Positions 12,496 through 42,011 of a stretch of 64,000 nucleotides of DNA are shown here, piece by piece. The stretch covers positions 48,174,001 through 48,238,000 of the forward strand of contig OX597830.1 in assembly GCA_951406725.2 (NCBI GenBank), read 5' to 3'. The position numbers and the translations under genes were made by a program. The notes under the pieces were generated by a model. It searched no databases. It was given only the letters and a program-made list of their open reading frames with translations, and had not been told where the DNA came from. Origin of the DNA: Octopus vulgaris (Eukaryota). The stretch's first letter is position 1. Each line of letters opens with the position of its first letter.

Positions 12496-13013
12496 CCGTA
12501 AATCCTCGACTATAGTCCACCCTTGAGTATAACACGCAGGGGATTTTTGTGGGGAGGGGTGCTGTACATCTGAAAAACCTAAACCTTGTGTATAATATGC
12601 ACTCCTTCTCTAACTTGAGTCAAGGAGGTCTATATAACGTCCTTGGTTTGTAAAAATGTATATGGTAACGTCCTTTATTATTATTGTATATATAACATAG
12701 TGGGAACGTGTAGCATTTTTATGCATTTTGTTTGCAGAAAATAAAGAGATAACAGTAATAACGTTTAAGAAATGTTGCTTACTGTAAGTTATGGATGATT
12801 CTTTTATGACTTCATTGCTTTCAGGTTTAGCTTAAGGTATTTTCACGCCCGACATCACAAAAGGCGTCTGATTAAACATAGCCAGAGAGCAAATAGAGAC
12901 TCTGACATAGCTTAGAAAATAATTTTCATTTTTAACCTCGTATATAGTACGCACTAGGTATGTTGATCTTTAGATTTTAGGAAAAAATGCGGATTATACT
13001 CGAGGATTTACGT
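12496..13013. mobile_element. MITE / non-autonomous Tc1-pogo-like DNA transposon
   Basis: ~25-bp imperfect TIRs (ccgtaaatcctcgactatagtccac / gcggattatactcgaggatttacgt) flanked by TA. Paralog at 21771-22244. Confidence 0.75.
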
Positions 13014-13193
13014 TATATACCAAAGTTTTACCACAATAGAGAGAGAGAGTAGAAAATTGCATTACTTTTGAAAATCCTTGTTGCTTATTTTGATTTTAAT
13101 CACCTTACTTTGAAATTGTATGGATAATACCGTACTAAATTCTGGTCCTTCAGCTTAAGTACCATATTCATGCGAATCTAAATTTTTGCTGAA

Positions 13194-13237
<44 letters not shown>

Positions 13238-15497
13238 TATACAAAATGTGTTCTTGTGGGGTCTCAGTCGTTATGGCTAAATTCTTCAATAATTAAAAGC
13301 ATATTAATTATACAATAAAACATTTACTTATAAATAATTCGAAGATAATTCCTCCTCAACATCCTGTCTGTTTTCTAGGTAGAAGTGGCTGTCAAGAACG
13401 AGATGTAACTTGCTTGAATTTATCCTTTTAATGAAAGATAATCATTAGATGAACTTCGTATCGATTTATCACTATTAGCTGGCATTGTATTCCACAACTG
13501 ATGTGTTTCCATCTATTCAATACACTTTATAAAGATACTCCGGGTGAAAAGGTATTGACTTAACGATTGAGAGGGCATAAGATCACCAGATGATACATAT
13601 AAATATATATATGTATGTATGTGTGTGTGCGTGCCGGTCTGTGTGTATGCATGTGCATGTACGTGTGTGTATGTGTGTGTGCTTTTGCATGTGTATGCGT
13701 ATGCATGTTTATACTACTACACAAAAATACCAACAACTTTATCAAAAACAATTAAAGCAACCATTGATAAATTTCGTATCTAAAGACTTTGCTGTTTTTT
13801 ATTCTTTTAAAAATTCCAATAATTCTTAAATGTGACATCTCCCGCTGTGAGTTGAAACTAAAGGGTCGCACTCATTTATAAAGTATATTTCCACTTGCGT
13901 TATTAAAATAATGACAGTTATTTCATGCCAACTTCTATCGTACACCATCAGCTGTTTTAAGATCGTCAAAAAATACGAGCTCCTTCAACATGTAACAATA
14001 ACAATCTCAGATAAAATATTTCTTCTTTCTTTGGACTTAGAAACTAAAGTCTTGAAATAATTCTCTCTTCTCATCTCTCGTGTAGTTTCTAAACAGTCAT
14101 CCCTTTGTCACACACATAATGATAAGGAATATCAATATGCAACCGGCGTCTTGTATTTCTATATCATTTACAATGGACAAACCATGATGGTAGAGGCGTG
14201 TTACGACAGGCAGCTCTTCACTCTCCCTAACGCTTCTTTCTCATTACTTTCTCTGTAAAAGAAAGATTCTTGCTGTTGCACTGGCAGCGAGTATATTAGC
14301 ATGGGGTCTGTTATATATTGTCATCATGTACAACTTCAACGTCCATCTTCCTTTTACTTATATTAAATTTAATGTTTTTGTAGCCTTTATAAAGTTACTT
14401 GAATATGTATTTCATTGACTTGGTAGTCGGACATATTTGCATATTTACATGCGCTTTGAAAGTACGACATTGGTCCTTTTTTATTGAGGACTACACACCT
14501 ATTATTAACTTTATAAACTTGTATTGTCCCACCTTGGCGCCACCTGTAGCATGTATAACCAGTGTCATTTGCTCATGTTTCTTCAAGAAATTCGCTAGGA
14601 ATCTTCTTTGACAGTGTCCGTTCACCATGCAACATCCTCTCGGGTGTCTTTCACTCTTAGGTCCATGCTTCATGCGTGTTGTTTTAAAATATCATGAAAC
14701 AAATGCTCAGTTTCTACGACAGAAGCTTCGCGCGCACACACACATATCTAATGACCGTGAGGAATATTATTCTTTTTCTGATGCTGTATCAGTCAGATAG
14801 ATTCCTATTAAGCTGACGAGATTTTAGAACTTATAAAGAAATCAATAGGAGATCCGAACGAAGGGACACTATAAGCAGTGTAGCAAAGGATGTTCAGCAT
14901 TCTAACACATTGGTAATCAACGGTAAATGATGATATCAGCAATTTAAACAATTTCACGATCTCTTGCACACTCTCAGAAATTAACAAGGTTAATTACAAA
15001 GTAGAAATCTTACTAACATAGAACTGACGATAAGAATTTGGAATTAAAACTACAAAATGTTCACTTTACTCGATGATTCAAGTAATATGCAACTTATTTG
15101 GACGTGGATAAAATTTGGAGAAGAATTATGAAAATACATTTGATATGATGATTACGTGGATCTCCGTTGATTTCGACGATGAATTCGATCCTCAGGACAA
15201 CTTACTCATTGAATTTGTGTACAAGTCGCAGAACATTCTATTGATAGGTGTACACTTAACATAATTCTCAGATAGACCAGACTGAGACAATGCGACACGG
15301 TCTCACCTTTAAATTACAACTGTTATCAAGTGGACGGGATTCTACAATGTTTCTCCGTAATTTCACTTACAAAGCTTTGGTCGACTCGAGTCTGTTGAGC
15401 GCTGAGCCACTTACACATTAATTTCAGGAGTAGGCTGTTCTTTTGATTGGATGAAGTGGAACCCTTGTCATCGTAACCGACGGAGTGGCGTAGTAAG

Positions 15498-15535
<38 letters not shown>

Positions 15536-16534
15536 CAGGGTGTGTAAACATCGAATTCTATAACCAAGCAGTGATAATGTAGAAAAGTTTAGACAGATAT
15601 TGTTGTTGTGTTAGCTATTAGTTCGTCCGTCGTTGTCGACGATGACTAATGAGATCAGATGGCAGAAATAGATACAATTTGTGTCTAGTTGCGGTCGATT
15701 AGTCTGATGCGTGTCCAACACAAAACCAACGACAACTGATCGCACATTATTATCAATCCCCCCTCCCACTCATCTCCCAACTTTCCAGTTCTACTACCCC
15801 ACCCAACTCAATACTCTCTTTATTAACCCACTTCCTCTCACCATTTCCTCTCTTAATATTTCTCATAACCCCACCGACCCTCCTACTTCCTTTCTTCATT
15901 ACGGATTGTTCTCCACATTTAATCATTCCATCTTTGAATTTCTCTGCATTATCATCTGAAATGTAAGATCTTCTCTACCCTAACGACGGAGGTTCCATTT
16001 GTCCAATGTTGATTGTTTCCATTACGGCCGCATTTTGCCATGAAGTAAATCTGTCAACATTGTGATGGAACTTCGAGTCCCCAGAAACAACCCTTGAACT
16101 TTATATACATATTTCATAACCAATCTGTTATATTCAACATATCAAAATTGTTTATCTGCATAATTGACTCTCTCTAATCTTTCTCTCTCTGCATGTTTCT
16201 CTCTCTCTCTCTCTCTCTCTCTTTATATGTATATTTGTGTGTGTGTGTGTGTGTGTGTATTCGTGTGTGCGTGCGTGTGTGCGTGCGCGTGTGTGTTTGA
16301 GAGTGTGTATGTGTGTTTGTCCCCAACCACTGCTTGACAGCCGCTGTTGGTATGATTGCATCCCAGTAACCTAGCAGTTCGATAAAACAGACAGATAGAA
16401 AGAGTACCAGGCTTAAAATAAATACCGTGATCAGTGCACTTAACCGGAAATTCTTCAAGGCGATGCCCCAGCTTTGTCGCAGTCTAAAGATGAAATAGAT
16501 AAATAATTTGAATCAGAATAAAATTTCTAAAAGA

Positions 16535-16745
16535 AAGGCGGCAAGCTGGCAGAATATTTTGGACATCGATGAAAATGGTGAGTGGCATTTCGTCTGTCAT
16601 TACGTTCTGAGTTCATATTCCGCCTATCTAGACTTTACCGTTCATTTCTCCGGGGGTCGATAAAAGAAGCGTCAACTGAGCACTGGGGGGTCGTTGTAAT
16701 TGACATACCCCTCCCCCGAAATTGCTAGCCTTCTGCTAAAATTTC
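16535..16745 (+). mobile_element. Diverged SINE related to the family at 148-624
   Basis: aaggcggcaagctggcagaa..tacgttctgagttcatattccgcc..ggggtcgataaa. Confidence 0.65.
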
Positions 16746-17082
16746 AGAAAAACAACTAAACTATAATATGTTGTATTTATAATCTTTGTTGCAAAGAGGT
16801 AAGATTGTTATAAATGTATGTATATCTATGTATAAGTACAAATGTGGATGTTATAGACGTATCAGTGTGTGGTAAATTCGTTGTGGCTACGATCGTTTTT
16901 ATTTTTCAACGCTGTCCGTTCATGAATGAACTGGCATCTGATACAAGGGCTTCTCCTTCTAAGCCATTTTGCCTTTTATTTGCCTTTAAGGAATCAATGA
17001 CTACATTATCTAATCTGTACCTTACTGTCGGTTCGGTCCAACCTCTGGCAAAATGGTTTGAGTATCGCACAAAAATGCTATG

Positions 17083-17241
17083 CCCTAATTACTTACGGCT
17101 CTTAGTTGCGGATCTTATTTACTACTCTTTGTTATTGTCCTTAGTTACGGCCCTTAGTTACCGTCCCTTGTTATAGTCCGTTGTTATGGCCCTTAGTTAT
17201 CGCCCTCTGATGTAGTCCTTCGTTACGGGCTTTCGTTACAG
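17083..17241. repeat. Degenerate ~13-bp minisatellite (consensus ~CCTTAGTTACGGC)
   Basis: About a dozen imperfect units are visible in the head-to-head spacer. Confidence 0.6.
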
Positions 17242-17923
17242 TTTGTACTGAAATCGATATGAGGTCAATCCTCCCGGAATCAACAAAGTTAAATATCAGT
17301 CAATGGAATTTGTAGGAAATGCGAATGAAATTACAGTCGAAGAATAAGAACTGTAGCTCCTGCAATGATTGGTAGATCGATTTTAATTCATTTTGTATCG
17401 ATAAAACTTATATACGACATTTGAAAGGGATCACAAACATTAGTGTGCAACTGGTTTGATGTTGCGCATTTTGTAGTCCTGAATAATTGATTTGTGCAGT
17501 GGCTTTCTACTCTCTTTTAACTGTTTGTGGATCTTTGAATGTATGTATGTATGTATGTATGTATGTATGTATGTATATTTGTATGTATGTATGTATGTAT
17601 GTATGTATGTATGTATGTATGCATGTATGTATGTATGATGTAAGTATGATGTATGTATGTATGCATGTATGTATGCAAGGATGCATGTATGAACGAATAG
17701 TTAAGTGTGTGGATGTATGTATATTTATATACACCTATACATACACACACGTATACATTTAACCATCCTCGGTTTTGCTTTCATTAAAATTCACTGAGTC
17801 AGAAAATATTTTCAGCGATTGATCATTTTTATTGTTCAATCCAAAACATGTTTTGACGGATCTTGTTGCTTGCTTTGACAGCCCGCTCAGCCTTTAATTA
17901 TCTTTTTTAATAATTTTGATATA

Positions 17924-18303
17924 CACTTGCGTCAGAAATTTATTAGCACTTCTAAAATTTCTACATTAAATAGGTTAAATCAATTAACCTATGAGCTGTT
18001 CAAAACGTCTTACACGATGAGAAAACTTAGTATGGTGTGATTTCGGTCCTTGCGAGGCGCTACCTATATCTATTAAACAAAGGAAGATTTGTCTGCATCC
18101 GCACTCCAAGTTGTTGTTGCACTGCTATGTCAACATCATAAGGCTGTAGACTCTCAAACTGCTCTGCAAACAAAGTTACGTCATCGTTCTGCGCAACAGT
18201 GAACTCGCATCAAAGCAATAGTTCGAGATATGGCCACTAGGTGACAGCACATACCTTGAGTGAAGAGCAAATCAAGGGTGCTAATTAATTTCTGACGGTA
18301 GTG
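17924..18303. mobile_element. Tc1-like MITE
   Basis: 26-bp imperfect TIRs (cacttgcgtcagaaatttattagcac / gtgctaattaatttctgacggtagtg) with TA on both sides. Confidence 0.75.
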
Positions 18304-18394
18304 TATATTTAAATAATATAAATTATTAATCTTATGTATTGGCTTAAGTTTTTCATTGTATGATTTGCCTAATAGTGGTTTTATCTCTAATTTA

Positions 18395-18427
<33 letters not shown>

Positions 18428-19154
18428 TACTTACTACGCCACTCTGTCGGTTACGACGAGGAGGGTCCCAGTTGATCCAATCAAAAGAACAGCCTACTCC
18501 TGAAATTAATGTGTAAGTGGCCCAGCGCTCAACAGACTCGAGTCGACCAAAGCTTTGTAAGTGAAATTACGGAGAAACTGTGTAGAATCCCGTCCAGTTG
18601 ATAACAGTTGTAATTTAAAGGTGAGACCATGTCGCATTGTCTCAGTCTGGTTCTATCTGAGAATTACGTTAAGTGTACACCTATCAATAGAATGTTCTGC
18701 GACTTGTACACAAATTCAATGAGTAAGTTGTCCTGAGGATCGAATTCATCGTCGAAATCAACGGAGATCCACGTAATCATCATATCAAATGTATTTTCAT
18801 AATTCTTCTCCAAACTTTATCCACGTCCAAATAAGTTGTATATTACTTGATTCATTGCATAAAGTGAACATTTTGTAGTTTTAATTTCAAATTCTTATCG
18901 TCAGTTCTATGTTACTAAGATTTCTACTTTGTAATTAACCTTGTTAATTTCTGAGAGTGTGCAAGAGATCGTGAAATTGTTTAAATTGCTGATATCATCA
19001 TTTACCGTTGATTACCAATATGTTAGAATGCTGAACATCTCTTTCTACACTGCTTATAGTGTCCCTTCGTTCGGATCTCCTATTGATTTCCTTATAAGTT
19101 CTAAAATCACGTCAGCTTAATAGAAAACAGAATAATATTCCTCACGGTCATTAG

Positions 19155-19196
<42 letters not shown>

Positions 19197-19215
19197 GTGT
19201 CCACATTCATTCTAT

Positions 19216-19640
19216 TTAGAATTCTCTTTCGCGACAAAAGAAAACGAATAATAAAATCAAGGTGTGTGCTGATTTTTGCACTGTTTTAAACGAATGTTTT
19301 AAAACGTGCCACAATCCGTTACTTTCTACAGAGGATATTTTTGCGAAATTAAACGGTGTCAAGATTTTTTCTAAATTGGATCTCTCTGACGTGTACCTAC
19401 AAATTAGAGTTGACGATGAATGCTCTAAATGCATAACAATTAACACACAGGAAAGACTGTATAAATACAACAGGTTACAATTTGGCTTAAAAGTCGCACC
19501 AGCGATTTTTCAACAGATTTTAGATGCAATATTAGTGGATTGTGAATTTGAAATTCCATATCTGGATAATACACTCATTAGAAAAACAAATCCAGATATG
19601 AACACGTAGAGCACGTAAAACATGTACTCGAATAAATTAG
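19216..19640 (+). mobile_element. Ty3/Gypsy reverse transcriptase fragment
   Basis: VCADF..LN..IFAKLNGVKIFSKLDLSDVYLQI..ITINT..LYKYNRLQFGLKVAPAIFQQ..YLDN; absent from copy A. Confidence 0.85.
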
Positions 19641-21082
19641 ATTATTACGTCCTTAATTGAGTGTACCGATTGGCAGTGTACTGATCGGAGAGAGGTGAGG
19701 GAGAGTAATTCTTAAAAGGAAGATGTTATGGAAAGATTCTGACCACCCACAATGTAACTGAAGGTGGACTGACTCATTGTTATAAAATAAAGAACTGTGA
19801 GCGATTGGCAGTTCAAGTTGGTAAGCAGTTCACTGTGAGCGATTGGCAGATCAAGTTGGTAAGCAGTTCAATGTGAGCCGTGATTGAGAGCGTTGAATCT
19901 CAGGTAATAGTAATAATAGCGAGAAGTCATTAAATTATATATCGAACACAAGGATATAAAATAATATTACATGCAGATGACTCGTTGCAAATAGATCAGA
20001 TTGTTTGCAGCATCGAAGTTTCTGTCGTAGAAACTGAGCATTTGTTTCACGATATTCTAAAACAACACGCATGAAGCATGGATCTGAGAGTGAAAGACAC
20101 CTGAGAGGATGTTGCATGGTGAACGGACACTGTCAAAGAAGATTCCTAGCGAATTTCTTGAAGAAACATGAGCAAATGACAATGGTTATCCATGCTACAG
20201 GTGACGCCAAGGTGGGACAATACAAGTTATTAAAGTTAATAATAGGTGTGTAGTCCTCAATAGAAAGGACCAATGTCGTACTTTCAAAGCGCATGTAAAT
20301 ATGCAAATATGTCCGACTACCAAGTCAATGAAATACATATTCAAGTAACTCTATAAAGGCTACAAAAACATTAAATTTAATATAAGTAAAAGGAAGATGG
20401 ACGTTGAAGTTGTACATGATGAAAATATATAACAGACCCCATGCTATTATACTCGCTGCCAGTGCAACAGCAAGAATCTTTCTTTTACAGAGAAAGTAAT
20501 GAGAAAGAAGCGTTAGAGAGAGAGAAGAGCTGCCCGTCGTAACACGCCTCTACCATCATGGTTTGTCCTTAGTAAATGATACAAAATAACAAGACGCCGG
20601 TTGCATATTGATATTCCTTATCATTATGTGTGTGACAAAGGGATGACTAGTTTGGAAACTACACGAGAGATGAGAAGAGAGAATTATTTCAAGACTTTAG
20701 TTTCCAAGTCCAAAGCAAGAAGAAATATTTTATCTGAGATTGTTATTGTTACCTCTTGAAGGAGCTCGCATTTTTGACGATCTTAAAACAGCTGATGGTG
20801 TATGATATAAGTTGGCATGAAATAGCTGTCATCGTTTTTATAACACAAGTGGAAATATACTTTATAAATGTGTGCGACCCTTTAGTTTCAACTCACAGCG
20901 GGAAATGTCACATTTTTAAAAGAATGAAAAACGGCAAAGTCTTTAGATACGAAATTTATTAATGTTGGCTTTCATTGTTTTTGATAAAGTTGTTGGTATT
21001 TTTGTATAGTAGTATAAACATGCATACGCATACACATGCAAAAGCACACACACATACACAGACATACACAACCACACATATG

Positions 21083-21118
<36 letters not shown>

Positions 21119-21147
21119 TATATATAATATGTATATATATATATATA

Positions 21148-21227
<80 letters not shown>

Positions 21228-21770
21228 CATCTGGTGATCTTATGCAATCTCAAGCGTTACGTCAATACCTCTTCACCCGGAGTAGCTTTATAAAATGTAT
21301 TAAATAGATGCAAACACTTCAGTTGTGGAATACAATGCCAGCTAATAGTGATAAATCGATACGAAGTTCATCTAATGATTATCCTTCATTAAGAGGATAA
21401 ATTCAAACAAGTAACATCTCGTTCTTGACAGCCATTTCTACCTAGAAACCAGACAGGATGTTGAGGAGGAATTATCTTCAAATTATTTGTAAGTAAATGT
21501 TTTATTGTATAATTAATATATGCTTTTAATTTTTAAGAGTTTAGCCATCACGACTGAGACCCTACAAGAACACATTTTATATATATATGAGTTCAGTAAA
21601 AATTTAGATTCACATGAATACGGTACTTAAGCTGAGGGACCAGAATTTAGTACGGTATTATCCATACAATTTCAAAGTAAGGTGATTAAAATCAAAATAA
21701 GCAACAAGTATAATCAAAATTAATGCAATTTTCTTTTCCTCCTTCTATTGTGGTAAAACTTTGGTATATA

Positions 21771-22244
21771 CCGTAAATCCTCGAGTATAATCCGCATTTT
21801 TTCCTAAAATTTAAAGGTCAAAATACCTAGTGCGTACTATATACGAGGTTAAAAATGAAAATTATTTTCTAAGCTATGTCTGAGGCCTTATTTGCTGTCT
21901 GGCTATGTTTATTCAGACCTATTTTGTGATGTCGGGCGTGAAAATACGTTAAGCTAAACATGAAAGCAATGAAGTCATAAAAGAATCATCCATAACTTGC
22001 AGTAAGCAACATTTATTAAACGTTATTACTGTTATTTCTTTATTTTCTGCAAACAAAATGTACAAAAATGCTACACGTTCCCACTATGTTATATATACAA
22101 TAATAATAAAGTAAGTTAGCGTATACATTTTTAGAGAAGGAGTGCATATTATACACAAGGTTTAGGTTTTTCTGATGTACAGCCCCCCCCCCCCAATCCC
22201 CTGCGTGTTATACTCAAGGGTGGACTATAGTCGACGATTTATGG
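21771..22244. mobile_element. MITE, copy B paralog of 12496-13013
   Basis: Same TIRs and TA flanks, with a small internal deletion. Confidence 0.75.
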
Positions 22245-23365
22245 TATTCTAAATATTCAAAGAAGTTTTATCCTTATGTTAAATTTTCATTCTTAATAAT
22301 CTTGATTACCCTAAATTTTAACTTTACACAATAAGACTATTGTTTGAAATGATCTTTAGAAATTACTTGATTTATTTCTTTCTTAAATGGCTCTATCCTC
22401 CTGATCTTAGTATTGACAAGGGCCTTTATTTAAATAACCCTTCTAAACATGTACAACTAAGAAACTATAAATATCATGTAGGGAGTAACAATATTAACTT
22501 CTTAAATCTTTGATATGACTCTTAATTTAAAAAAAAAGATTAGTGTAAAATATGATTGTTCCGTAACTTAAATATTCCTTTAGCTGGCATCAAACATCAG
22601 TCTTTTATTGATATTACCTAAATAAGTAAATATATAATTTTTAGTCTAATATAATTTGAATTATTATACTTTTTCTAAAAATCATTTCTATTGGTGTTAA
22701 TAAGCTACATATGCTTTACCATAGTATTGGTAATTAAGTTATTTTATTTCCTTTTGTATGGTGTTCTGCCCTACCTGATCATTTTATTGTATTTCTTTAT
22801 TATTTTATAATTAGCCTTTATTTATAAAATTAATTCTAATTTTTGTATCTCTATAAATTCATACTATACTGGTATATTCACTACTTATAAAATAACTTGC
22901 TTAGATTATAATTTTCTTAATAGATAATTAACATGGTCCGTTGCCTCAATACTCCTTTATTAATACCAGTATATACCAAGTAATCAATTTTTTATTCACT
23001 ACTGAATATCACAAGGAACGATTGTCATGTGACTATATCTTAATAATGTTACATGACGCAACAAGAATTCTCAATGAAGAGAAACGTTTGCGTAACCAAA
23101 TTCCTGCCAAAATGAAAGACTGCGGTGCGTGGAAACAATTTTAGGGTTTACAAATAAATGTTCCTTCGTATTCCTTCTTGTTACTCCAACTTATGCAATT
23201 ATACATGTATGTATGTATGTATATGTGTATGTGTGTTTTTATATGTATGCACATATATATACACATGAGTATACATATATATTAAAATGAATATACATAT
23301 GTGTATTTATACATACATTCATACATATACACATACACACATACATACATACATACATACATGCT

Positions 23366-23434
<69 letters not shown>

Positions 23435-24480
23435 GGTGAATATTAACATGACCTAAACCTTCTGAACTATGCCTATCCCTTGTCCAGTGAGATCAAAATT
23501 AATCAGGGATCGTTGGTTGTTACTAGACTCCACGACACTCACCCTCAGTGTTCGTTGGTTGTCCTTCATTTCCACGACACTCACTCTCTTGAGATATTGG
23601 CTATTTTTATGCCATCTCTATTACTTAAATCCAACAAGACTATTTTGAATTGTTGTGTAAAACTCTGCTTGTTTAGTATGGAAGAATTAGTTAATATAAA
23701 TTTTATGTCGTAACTCTCTACGACAATTTTCTTTGACTTCTAAATGTACCATAAATATTTAATGTACGTAAATAAACTAATTTAGTAAATAATTTCTCTT
23801 TCTTCATTTTCTTCAACGTGTTAATGAGATTTATTTCTGTATCCATGAAACTGTTATTATAGCGGTGACCTTTCAACATGTACGTTTCAGCGTCTTGGTG
23901 TTTACGCAGCCTGAGTTAAGATTTATGTATAGTGATAACACTTATAGTTAAGTTATAAGTGACCGGTTTATCACTATAGATTTCTACTCAGTAAACATCT
24001 ATATTTATTATCTTTTCCAAGTCAAAAACATTCTACACCAGATTATCCAACACAACCTTATATATTGGTGACAAGCCGACGTGAACTTAGAAAAGTCTAC
24101 TCAGGACAATAATCACTCTATAAATAAGATAGAATCAACCCGTTATAAAAGTGGTGACTCGCCTTTATAAAAAGTGGTTAATTGTACGAACAAGTTATAC
24201 GTAATACTTTCACTAAAGTCTCTGAAGTGTCTAGAATGTTCTCTTCCAAGAAATACTGATACTTCTGATCTCGTTTGAAACAAATAACATTTCTTTTTAT
24301 TTCTTCCACCTTTTCTATTTTTGCTCCTCTCTCTTTTTATCTCACCCTCACATTTCCTATCCCTCTCTCTTCTGTTCCCTCTCTTTCTATCCCTCTCCAA
24401 TTTGTCGCTCTCCCTCATTATTTCAATGGATAATTTTATGGTGATGTAGTGGTGGTTATCGCCGTATTTGTTACTGAATT

Positions 24481-39972
<15,492 letters not shown>

Positions 39973-40083
39973 ATTTTAATGGAATTCACCCAAACATTAC
40001 TTCTCCATGAAATGTGAGCAAGTCTTCAACGGATCACGTTTGCTAATAATAATTATATAAGATAAAATGTGTGTTTCTCTGTG

Positions 40084-40089
40084 AATAAA
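40084..40089 (+). promoter_or_regulatory. Candidate polyadenylation signal of copy B
   Basis: First AATAAA after the stop codon; conserved in copy C. Confidence 0.5.
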
Positions 40090-42011
40090 ATCAATTTAAT
40101 TCAGTTATTTCTTTTGTTAATTTATTTTAATTGCTAACGTTTTTCGTTCTAAATTAGTCTTCTCTTAGAACATGATTGCTAATTTGAGTTTTAGCTCAAT
40201 TCTCTCGGAAACTATTTAAGCTGGCTGATCTAAACTGCTTTTATTAAGGATTATAAAGCGAAATTAAAATAAGAATCTTTTCTTTTTCTCTTTGGACGAA
40301 ATTTTGTGTTTCAGCAACTTATAAGTACAGGTTAAACGAAGAATAGTTTAAACCAAAATACGAAATCAATTATACGGAAAACGAAATTTATAGTAATTTG
40401 ATCGTAAACTCAGAAGCCCCACGATTTCTTTCAGGTTATCGAAAAGTTAAAATAGTTTTTTGCTGTGAAAAACATAAATTGCAATGCTGACCATACATGT
40501 CGTAAAATGTTCCTTTTGTTTTCATTTGTTTAGTTTTAGATTAATATTGGATTCTTTGTTTATAGTTTCTTGAAGAGGAGAGGTGGCGGTGGACATTGTG
40601 TTTGCAAGTCTTTATGGATTGGTGAGATCGATAGGGTTAATGCTTAGTTTGAAGATTTGTGTGTTGACATCTGTTGGGAAAATTGGATCAGGGATTGCAT
40701 TTCAGGCGATTAATGTTCTAGAGCAGTGGAGACCCAATCGCTGTGTTGTAGCCCAGTCAGCATTAGTTTTAAAAAAGCACGGGCAAAAATTTTAAATAAA
40801 TAATAATTTGAGTTTTGATTTAATAAATGAAATTTGAAGTCAACTTCTCAACATGATTGAAAATCACAAATAAATAAAACGTTGGCACCGTCTGTTATAA
40901 GTCATGAGAATAGGAACACCTCGAAAGTGATTCTCTTTTCGCTGTTGTGTCGCAAAACGAAGGAAGATGTCTTTAAGATTCAGGTTTTCATCACACCATT
41001 TATTCATTATACTTGGGCATGAATTTTCCGGTTTATTGTCTACGACGGAAATCGCCTGATAAGACTTTATCCTCTACAGATTGAGAACGTATTCATTCAT
41101 AGACTTCCGTGTGCTTACAGGCAGTGTTACATCTTGCAGCAGTTCGATCAGTTCAATCGAGGAATCCGTAGAGAGATTCAAATTCTCAAGTAAATCGGTC
41201 AAATAGATCAAAATGTGTCACTTCCACCCGATGAGTCGCTTTGCAGAGTGACATTCAGACCACACCAGGGCGTCTAAATTTAGTTGAAATGTATCTGCTA
41301 TGAATTTGAGACAAACAATGTTCAGAAACGGGAGAATTTACGGATTGAGATAAGAGAGATTTATCATGATATCACCATTTTATGCCGAAAATTGGTGCCG
41401 GAACTCTAAGCAACTCTGGCTCAATATAAGGATGACGGTCTCACGGTGTAAACTGATGAAAGGTGCTCTATTAATTTTCAGCCGACTTTCAACATTCTCA
41501 CTGACTGATGAGACCCTTCTTCTGTGGAGATTTTCCTCGTAGATTAGGTATCTACCGAGTCAGTGGGTTGATCTTAATAACTTCACTGATGTGTTACTCA
41601 ATCGGAGGCTACAAAACTTTCTTTTCGTTTGATATGAAGATGTTTAACTGGATAGCATTGCCGTTGCTGTAGTCACAGCAGTAAAGATTTGTAATATTTT
41701 TGCTAAAGATTTGATTCGTATCAAAACTTGTTTAGAGGAGACGAAAGCGTAAACTTTCATAGACAAACGTAAAAGAAGCACGTGTCTTTAATTTGCCTCT
41801 CCCATGACTTGATAACCTCACTGAAATGGGGGAGGATGTCCATAATGAAGGAAAGCTCATAATGAACAACATTGCATGGTCCCTGCTGACAGACCCATCG
41901 TGTATAGGTGAATATTTTCTTCTCTGCTGGTTGTCCTCGTTTTCTTCCTGTAAGCACTTGTTGTACTGAGTCACTCTGAACTGATCCATAAACAGTTAAG
42001 GTTGCTTTTGT

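Larger units (their letters stand above)
1..15530 (-). repeat. Segmental duplication unit, copy A (inverted relative to B, partial)
   Basis: Collinear reverse-complement match to ~18428-30672 (e.g. ORF pairs 5821-/25013+, 6859+/24143-, 14491-/20071+), apart from TE indels. Confidence 0.95.

Noticed and set aside
17083-17241. Regularly spaced repeats as a CRISPR-like array
   Set aside because: Contiguous degenerate 13-mers without unique spacers, in eukaryotic context with no cas genes.
18692-18722. Alternative first exon MFCDLYTNSM with a GTAAGT donor, in phase with exon 2
   Set aside because: It lies in what looks like a decayed dispersed repeat and gives a poor signal peptide. Less likely than 24481-24526, though not excluded.
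19795-19880. Local ~38-bp tandem duplication (similar small one at 7708-7780)
   Set aside because: Ordinary slippage-type duplication with no evidence of function.
40583-40795. 70-aa ORF almost identical in copy C (48364..48576)
   Set aside because: Non-ATG start and no motif. Its conservation is no higher than that of the surrounding duplicated non-coding DNA.
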